From positions 1 to 42,794 of the forward strand of contig JACOYG010000001.1 of the NCBI GenBank assembly GCA_016181985.1: a stretch of 42,794 nucleotides of DNA, given 5' to 3'. This document shows positions 37,270 to 42,794 of the stretch, piece after piece (within the stretch, counting starts at the first letter, position 1; every line of letters starts with the position of its first letter). Source of the stretch: Candidatus Nealsonbacteria bacterium. Lineage in GTDB: Bacteria; Patescibacteriota; Minisyncoccia; Minisyncoccales; MHMH01. The position numbers and the translations under genes were made by a program. The notes under the pieces were generated by a model, which was not told the origin of the DNA, searched no databases, and saw only the letters and a program-made list of their open reading frames with translations.

Positions 37270-37572
37270 ATGCGTATTACTTTAAAATTTTCTGGAAGTG
37301 TCTACAATTTAATGCGGCAACTGGGTTATCATCCCCATGAAACGGAAAGAGAAAGAGCCGGAGAGTCATCATTCGCGCGCCGCTTGGGCGCCGCAGATTA
37401 TCCCCGCTTTCACGCCTACGTTTCACGTGGAGCATCAGAGCAGGAAGTAATAATAAATATCCACCTAGACCAGAAAAAGCCGGTATATAAAGGCACAAGC
37501 GCTCACAGCGGAGAATACGATGGCGATCTGGTAGAAAGAGAAGCCGAGAGAATTAAACAGATGTCAACTTAA
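37270..37572 (+). CDS. Conserved-type hypothetical protein
   Basis: LMRQLGY, SF.RRL....YPRFH.Y, HLDQK.P.Y.G..AHSGEYDG. Confidence 0.8.
   Translation: MRITLKFSGSVYNLMRQLGYHPHETERERAGESSFARRLGAADYPRFHAYVSRGASEQEVIINIHLDQKKPVYKGTSAHSGEYDGDLVEREAERIKQMST
37419..37434. other. parS-like site (intragenic)
   Basis: cgtttcacgtggagca versus TGTTTCACGTGGAACA (14/16). Confidence 0.45.
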
Positions 37573-37582
37573 TAATATAAAG

Positions 37583-37653
37583 GGGCCTGTAGTAAAACGG
37601 CATTACGCTACATTCGCATTGTAGAGGTCCGGGTCCAATTCCCGGCAGGTCCA
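37583..37653 (+). tRNA. tRNA-Ala(CGC)
   Basis: gggcctg/caggtcc acceptor with G3:U70; ctaca-ttCGCat-tgtag. Confidence 0.9.
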
Positions 37654-37814
37654 CAACTTCGCATTAAACGCTCAAAACAAAAAGCCCAAGAGCTTTGCGG
37701 CCCTCGGACTTTTCTTATTTTTACGACTCTATTTGTGTCTAAGATATGATTGACAAGGAAATATGGAGAGCTTAATATCAAAATGAGTTCCTTGATAAAT
37801 AAAGGAGGCGGAGC

Positions 37815-38723
37815 TTGAAATGCGATGGATTCGACGGACTCACCATCAATCCCGATCGAAGTCGAAGGATTGACCTTCATATGCATTCGTATTATTCCGA
37901 CGGCAGATTTTCTCCGACCGAACTATTAGGTAAATGCAAAGATAGCGGACTTGAGATTGTTTCCCTCACAGACCACGAGAATGTCGGCGGTATTGATGAG
38001 GCTCTAGAAGCTGGGGAGAAGCTGGGGATAAAGGTTATTCCTGGTATAGAATTCGCCACCGAGTTTCAAGGGCAAGAGCATCATATTATCGGTTATTTCA
38101 TTGATCGCAACAGTCAGAAATTAAAAGAATTTTTGGATAAATTAAAAGAAAGCAAAGCGGAGCAAATAAAAGAAATTATCAAGAATCTGCAGGCGTTTGG
38201 ATTTAGGGTATCCTTCGAGGAAGTGGCGAGTTTAGCCAAGGGCTCTCTTGACCGCTATCACATCGTTTTAACCATACTTCCCGACCATGAAAAAACGCTT
38301 AAAGGCAAGGAAGAACACAGGGATTTTTTTAAGAAATTTCTTATGGAAAAATCAGGCGGCGGGGAAGGATTGGCTTTTGTAGAGAGAAAAAAACCGGACA
38401 TTAGGTTGATAATCGATGCGATTCATGAATCCGGCGGGGTAGCTTTTTGGGCTCATCCTTTCTGGAGAATAAAAGACGGATCAATAATCCGAGAGTTGGC
38501 CGCAACCTTCAAAAAGATGAAGCTGAACGGCATTGAGGTTCTTTATCCTTACCACAGTAAAGATCAGAGCCTTTTACTCCACGAACTTGGCCGTGATTTG
38601 TTGCTTTATGAAAGCGCCGGTTCGGATTTTCATCGGGAAGATACCACCATCAGGCAATTGGCTAATTTTCAGGATTTCGGCATAAAAATTAATTTTCCAT
38701 TCTGCCTGAAAGAAACGAGGTAA
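37815..38723 (+). CDS. PHP domain phosphoesterase (TrpH/YciV-like)
   Basis: DLHMHS..SDG, LTDHE, IPGIE, HIIGY, AHP, GSDFH; SD aaggagg plus TTG start. Confidence 0.9.
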   Translation: MKCDGFDGLTINPDRSRRIDLHMHSYYSDGRFSPTELLGKCKDSGLEIVSLTDHENVGGIDEALEAGEKLGIKVIPGIEFATEFQGQEHHIIGYFIDRNSQKLKEFLDKLKESKAEQIKEIIKNLQAFGFRVSFEEVASLAKGSLDRYHIVLTILPDHEKTLKGKEEHRDFFKKFLMEKSGGGEGLAFVERKKPDIRLIIDAIHESGGVAFWAHPFWRIKDGSIIRELAATFKKMKLNGIEVLYPYHSKDQSLLLHELGRDLLLYESAGSDFHREDTTIRQLANFQDFGIKINFPFCLKETR

Positions 38724-38726
38724 TAC

Positions 38727-39662
38727 GTGAAACATATAGACCCTCATGTACATTGCCGCGATGGCGTGGAAGTCCGCAAAGCCAATATCAGAAAAGTTTC
38801 CGAATTGGCCCGAGAACAAGGCATTGTCCATATTTGCGACATACCAAGCATTAATTGTCCTATTTTGACAGAAAGCGATGTCGTTGAGAGATTGGACTTG
38901 GCTCGCAGGAGAAGGCCGGTAATAGGATATTCCGTCTTTATGACTTTAACCTCGAAGGAAGAGCAGATCAAGGAAGCGGTGAGGGTGGCTCAAAAATATC
39001 AGGAAGTAGCTGGATTAAAACTATATCCTCCGGATAACGAGAAAAGCGTGGTTTATAAAACACTGGCAAAGTTGGGATATTCCGGAGTTTTGGCAGTTCA
39101 CGCGGAAAAAGCGAGTTTATTTAAACCAAAGTTATTTGACTATAAAAGACCATGGACTCATAACTTGGCCCGACCGCCAGAGACAGAGATTGCATCAATT
39201 AAGGAGCAAATTCAGTTTGCGAAAGAAGCTGATTTTAAAGGCACTCTGTATATTTGCCACATAACTCTGCCGGAATCAGCAGCAATAATTTGGCAGGCGA
39301 AAAATTATCTTAATATATATTCAGAGGTTACTCCCCATCACTTGTTGCTTAGTGATTTACAGATGCGGGGAGAAAACGGTCTTTCGTTAAAGGTTAATCC
39401 TCCATTAAGAAGCCGTGAATCGGTAATGGGGCTATTAAAAGATGTAAGGTTCGGCTTAATTGATTGTATTGGTTCAGATTTTGCCCCTCACCTTACGACC
39501 GAAAAATTGCTCCCGCCGTATCTTTCAGGTATTGCTTCTTATCAGCTTTACGGCATGGCCTTGGATTACTTAAGAGACCAAGGTTTGTCGGAAAAAGACA
39601 TTGAGAAATTGACCTACTGGAACATCAAAAAAGTTTTCGGAGAAAAACTGAAAAATGCTTGA
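38727..39662 (+). CDS. pyrC: Dihydroorotase
   Basis: IDPHVHCRD, VHAE, ICHIT, EVTPHHL, KVNPPLR, GSDFAPH; adjacent to pyrD. Confidence 0.85.
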   Translation: MKHIDPHVHCRDGVEVRKANIRKVSELAREQGIVHICDIPSINCPILTESDVVERLDLARRRRPVIGYSVFMTLTSKEEQIKEAVRVAQKYQEVAGLKLYPPDNEKSVVYKTLAKLGYSGVLAVHAEKASLFKPKLFDYKRPWTHNLARPPETEIASIKEQIQFAKEADFKGTLYICHITLPESAAIIWQAKNYLNIYSEVTPHHLLLSDLQMRGENGLSLKVNPPLRSRESVMGLLKDVRFGLIDCIGSDFAPHLTTEKLLPPYLSGIASYQLYGMALDYLRDQGLSEKDIEKLTYWNIKKVFGEKLKNA

Positions 39663-40542
39663 TTTAAACGGCATTAAGGTTAAAAATCGGATTTGGCTGG
39701 CGGCAGGAGCTGGCGGTTATGGAGAAGGTTGGCCGCATCAAAAACCATTTATTAAACTAGGATTGATTGATTTCTCTGCTTTTGGCGCAATAATCACCAG
39801 AACTTTGACTCCCGAATCAAGACAGGGTAATTATATTGACCCATTTGAATTTGAAAATGCGACATTGGTGTCGCATTTATGTCGCATTTTTTCTGAAGAA
39901 AGAAAGAGAGTTTTAAGAAAAGTGCTGGGCGGCTGGATTAACAATGTGGGCTGGTGGAATGTGGGAATTAATTATTGGATAGAAAAGATTTATCCCTGGC
40001 TCCACGATGTCGCAATTATTCCCAATATCGGCGGATTTACAATTTACCACTACGTAGATTCTATCAGGAAACTTAATCATCTGGATATCGTCGGTATTGA
40101 AATTAATATCTCCTGTCCTAATATTGAGCATCCCTTATCTAAAGATCCGGCAGAACTTATGAAGTTATTTACCTTTTGCCGTGAGTCATCGGATTATCCT
40201 TTTATTGTAAAATTAGGCATAGATTCTGACTATGTTCAGATAGCCAGACTCGCCGAATATTGCGGCTTTAACGCTGTCTCGGCGATCAATGCAATCCCAG
40301 CGTTAGGCGGCGGGTATTCGGGCTCTGCCATCAAGCCAATTGCCTTAAAAGTGGTAGCGGATTTGAAGAAAGCCGTGAAAATACCGGTAATCGGCGGCGG
40401 AGGAATTGCCTCCCTGAAAGATTGCCAAGAATTTTTTGAAGTTGGCGCCGATGCCGTTGCGTTAGGCTCCGGATTTTTATTGAAGCCCTGGGAGCCGACC
40501 AGAATTGCTAAAAAATATGAAAAAGTAAAGGACCAGAAATGA
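39655..40542 (+). CDS. pyrD: Dihydroorotate dehydrogenase, class 1
   Basis: EINISCPN, VKL, AIN, GGYSGSAIKP.AL, P.IGGGGI, GADAV. Confidence 0.88.
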   Translation: MLDLNGIKVKNRIWLAAGAGGYGEGWPHQKPFIKLGLIDFSAFGAIITRTLTPESRQGNYIDPFEFENATLVSHLCRIFSEERKRVLRKVLGGWINNVGWWNVGINYWIEKIYPWLHDVAIIPNIGGFTIYHYVDSIRKLNHLDIVGIEINISCPNIEHPLSKDPAELMKLFTFCRESSDYPFIVKLGIDSDYVQIARLAEYCGFNAVSAINAIPALGGGYSGSAIKPIALKVVADLKKAVKIPVIGGGGIASLKDCQEFFEVGADAVALGSGFLLKPWEPTRIAKKYEKVKDQK

Positions 40543-40556
40543 ATCTGGTCCTTTTG
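40526..40556. terminator. Bidirectional intrinsic terminator
   Basis: aaaggaccaga-aatgaa-tctggtcctttt. Confidence 0.75.
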
Positions 40557-40892
40557 TTTCGTGTCTTGTAATAGACCGAGGGTGGGAGGGGGCAGCACCG
40601 ACTTATCAGCCGCGAGCAAAGGCCAGCGGCTACACAGTGAGGTGCTTAACGGCCCCCTCCCTACCGTTTTTCTGGCGAAGCGGCACATATCCGCTATCGC
40701 CGACCTGCCGGTACCTAATGACTTGGCGCTACCGGCTTGCGCCAGTAAACACTGGTAGATTCCCTTCGCGACGGGTAACCTCCAGCAAGAAAGGAGTCTT
40801 TTAGACACGAGGTTTTGAGGCCGGGGCCGTCAAAACTCCCTTCTTGCCGGAGGCAACGCCTCACAGCTCCCAAGCTAAGATCTATCCTCTAA
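40530..40892 (-). ncRNA. Putative ~350 nt structured RNA of unknown class
   Basis: Own promoter TTGACA(40922-40927)-17-TATACT(40899-40904) with TG extension; multiple GC-rich helices with G:U pairs favouring the minus strand; ends at a terminator; no convincing ORF. Confidence 0.6.
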
Positions 40893-40931
40893 CAAAACAG
40901 TATAGCATGCCATTAAAAATTTGTCAAGACC

Positions 40932-40959
40932 TTGACAGGTTTTTATATTTTGATAGAAT
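40932..40959 (+). promoter_or_regulatory. nusA promoter (back-to-back with the RNA promoter)
   Basis: TTGACA(40932-40937), 16 nt, TGaTAGAAT. Confidence 0.6.
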
Positions 40960-41017
40960 AAAATTAGATTAGAAAGATAAGAATTTTTTATCCGTTGGAA
41001 GACGGATACTTTTTTTG

Positions 41018-41120
41018 AAAATCCCAAGCACGAAATCCTAAATCCGAAACGTATTTTGAATTTTGAAATTTAGAATTTAAATATTATTTCGAATTTCGAT
41101 ATTCGAATTTAGAATTTAAT
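41018..41120. repeat. AT-rich palindromic repeat element (same family as the rsmA insertion)
   Basis: aagcacgaaatcctaaatccgaaac ... tttcgaatttcgatattcgaatttagaattt. Confidence 0.8.
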
Positions 41121-41123
41121 TTT

Positions 41124-42470
41124 ATGTTTGATATCAAAAATTTTACTGCGGCGATCGCTCAAATTGCGGAAGAAAAGGGCATCTCCAAAGAGAAGGTTTT
41201 CGAAACAATCGAGATGGCTCTCGCCGCCGCCTACAAAAAAGATTACGGCGAAAAGGGCCAGATTATAAAAGCCAAACTCGACACGGTGTCGGGTTCGGTT
41301 AAGTTTTGGCAGGTAAAGCAGGTCTTAACCGAAGACATGATTTACACCGAGGAGGAGTTGGAAGCTATGAAAGATGAGAAAAATGAGGGGCCCGCCTCCG
41401 CTGAAGCTACGGCGGGCGAAGGAAAGGTCCGTTTTAATACGGAAAAGCACATAATGCTTAATGAAGCTAAAAAAATAAATCCCAAAATTAAGGCCGGAGA
41501 AGATCTGGAAACCATTTTGGAGACCCGCGAAGATTACGGCAGAATCGCCGCCCAAACCGCAAAACAGGTTATTTTGCAAAGAATAAAAGAAGCGGAAAGG
41601 GAATTTATTTTTTCCGAGTTTAAGTCAAAAGAAGGGGAGATACTTTCCGGCATCGTCCAGAGGGTGGAAGGCGGTTTGGTTTTTATGGATATTGGCAAAA
41701 CCCTGGGTTTATTGCCAAGGGAAGAGCAGGTCCCCGGAGAATTTTATCGTCCCGGCCAACGGCTTAAGGTTTATCTTTTAAGCGTGGAAGAAACGCCGAA
41801 AGGCCCGGCTATTCTTTTATCGCGGGCTTACCCAAAACTTATTTCCAAGCTTTTTGAATTGGAGGTTCCTGAGGTTTCCGCCGGCACGGTGGTCGTTAAA
41901 TCCGTGGCTAGGGAAGCCGGATCACGCTCCAAAATAGCGGTTGTTTCTTTGGCTGAAGGCGTAGACCCCATAGGCTCAATGGTTGGCCAAAGAGGCACGA
42001 GAGTTTCAGCGGTAATCAATGAGCTGGGAGGAGAAAAGATTGATATCATCGAATGGAAAGAAGCTCCGGAAGAATACATCGCCAACGCGCTGTCTCCGGC
42101 TAAAGTTGTCGAAGTTAGAATTTTACCGAAAAATAAAGCGTTAGCTGTCGTCCCGAACGATCAGCTTTCTTTGGCTATTGGCAAGGAGGGCCAAAACGTC
42201 AGACTGGCCGCGAAGCTTACCGGCTGGAAAATAGACGTAAGAAGCCCGGAACAAGCAGGGATCACGGTGACGGAAGAAACAGAAGAAAAAACAGAGGAAC
42301 CCTTCGACGCGGCTCAGGGCAAGGAGAAAAAGGAGGAGCTGGCCCAAGGCCAGTCCGCCTCGGGCGGAAAGCCAAAAAAGAAAAGAGCAACCAAAAAGAA
42401 ATCCGAAGCACGAAGCACGAAATCCGAAACAAATTCAAATGACGAAAATTCAAAATCCAAAACGGTTTAG
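41124..42470 (+). CDS. nusA: Transcription termination/antitermination factor NusA
   Basis: GRIAAQTAKQVILQ, S1 domain, LFELEVPE, AREAGSRSK, SLAIGKEGQNVRLAAKLTGWKID. Confidence 0.97.
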   Translation: MFDIKNFTAAIAQIAEEKGISKEKVFETIEMALAAAYKKDYGEKGQIIKAKLDTVSGSVKFWQVKQVLTEDMIYTEEELEAMKDEKNEGPASAEATAGEGKVRFNTEKHIMLNEAKKINPKIKAGEDLETILETREDYGRIAAQTAKQVILQRIKEAEREFIFSEFKSKEGEILSGIVQRVEGGLVFMDIGKTLGLLPREEQVPGEFYRPGQRLKVYLLSVEETPKGPAILLSRAYPKLISKLFELEVPEVSAGTVVVKSVAREAGSRSKIAVVSLAEGVDPIGSMVGQRGTRVSAVINELGGEKIDIIEWKEAPEEYIANALSPAKVVEVRILPKNKALAVVPNDQLSLAIGKEGQNVRLAAKLTGWKIDVRSPEQAGITVTEETEEKTEEPFDAAQGKEKKEELAQGQSASGGKPKKKRATKKKSEARSTKSETNSNDENSKSKTV

Positions 42471-42523
42471 AAGATTATAATTTAAATATTATTTCGAATT
42501 TCGATATTAGAATTTCGAATTTT
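42399..42523. repeat. AT-rich palindromic repeat element overlapping the nusA 3' end
   Basis: aaatccgaagcacgaagcacgaaatccgaaac ... tttcgaatttcgatattagaatttcgaattt. Confidence 0.8.
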
Positions 42524-42538
42524 AATTATTATGTTTTA

Positions 42539-42794
42539 TATCCCTATTATCGCGCCCTGCAGAATGATGACACTTCTGTCGTGAGCTCTCTGTTTTCACT
42601 TGGAAAAGTGTTTATTCCGGTTTTGGCTTACCTGGCAGTAAAGGAGGTTTTGTCACCAATGCAATATTTCGGATTTCTTATGGTGGTATTCGCCAGCGCG
42701 GCAGTTACCATGCAGAAAGGCAAAATTCTGCGTTTTCGCAAGTCGCTCTGGTATATGGCGCTGAGCGCGTTTATGCTCGCGATTGAAGCGACAA
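42539..42794 (+). pseudogene. EamA/DMT transporter fragment lacking its N-terminus; runs off the window
   Basis: YPYYRALQNDDTSVVSSLFSLGKVFIPVLAYL..KEVLS..QY.GF; the nearest ATG (42531) is out of frame. Confidence 0.6.

Noticed and set aside
37608..37886. 92 aa minus-strand ORF, and similar short ORFs over tRNAs (31016-31213, 34452-34643)
   Set aside because: They overlap tRNA genes or repeats and are shadow ORFs.
40236..40808. 190 aa minus-strand ORF
   Set aside because: It is antisense to pyrD, crosses a terminator and has no recognisable motifs.
40530..40892. RNase P RNA, tmRNA or SRP RNA assignment
   Set aside because: Signature motifs were not found by eye on either strand; left unclassified pending a covariance search.

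Overview
Chromosomal window from a Patescibacteria/CPR bacterium, most like Parcubacteria. This is inferred from gene content, CPR-type pilin-like proteins, the NYN gene between rpsO and pnp, and scarce Shine-Dalgarno sites. It spans the probable replication origin (dnaN-oriC-dnaA, rpmH-rnpA-yidC-jag). Housekeeping content: a PilB-type ATPase end, ruvB-comEA-yebC-ruvC, tyrS, a class A PBP, rsmA, an M23 peptidase, a DksA/TraR protein, pnp-NYN-rpsO, a CCA-adding enzyme, PHP-pyrC-pyrD, nusA and four tRNAs. A ~12 kb VirB4/PrgI/VirB6/pilin-like cluster lies next to the origin. An accessory island between tRNA-Lys and tRNA-Arg holds an NTase pair, an HTH-Fic gene and a GC-rich ORF; a broken RelE-type module lies just beyond tRNA-Arg. 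The most unusual signals are five. (1) A four-helix-bundle gene enclosed by inverted 7-8 nt repeat arrays, with gene-less copies of the same arrays at other gene junctions. (2) Many palindromic mini-elements inserted in frame into proteins. (3) A ~350 nt highly structured putative RNA with its own promoter and terminator, divergent from nusA. (4) A membrane-anchored amidase+GH3 fusion in which both catalytic sites look degenerate. (5) An unannotated 47 aa hyper-acidic protein with its own promoter. All calls were made by eye; no searches were run.
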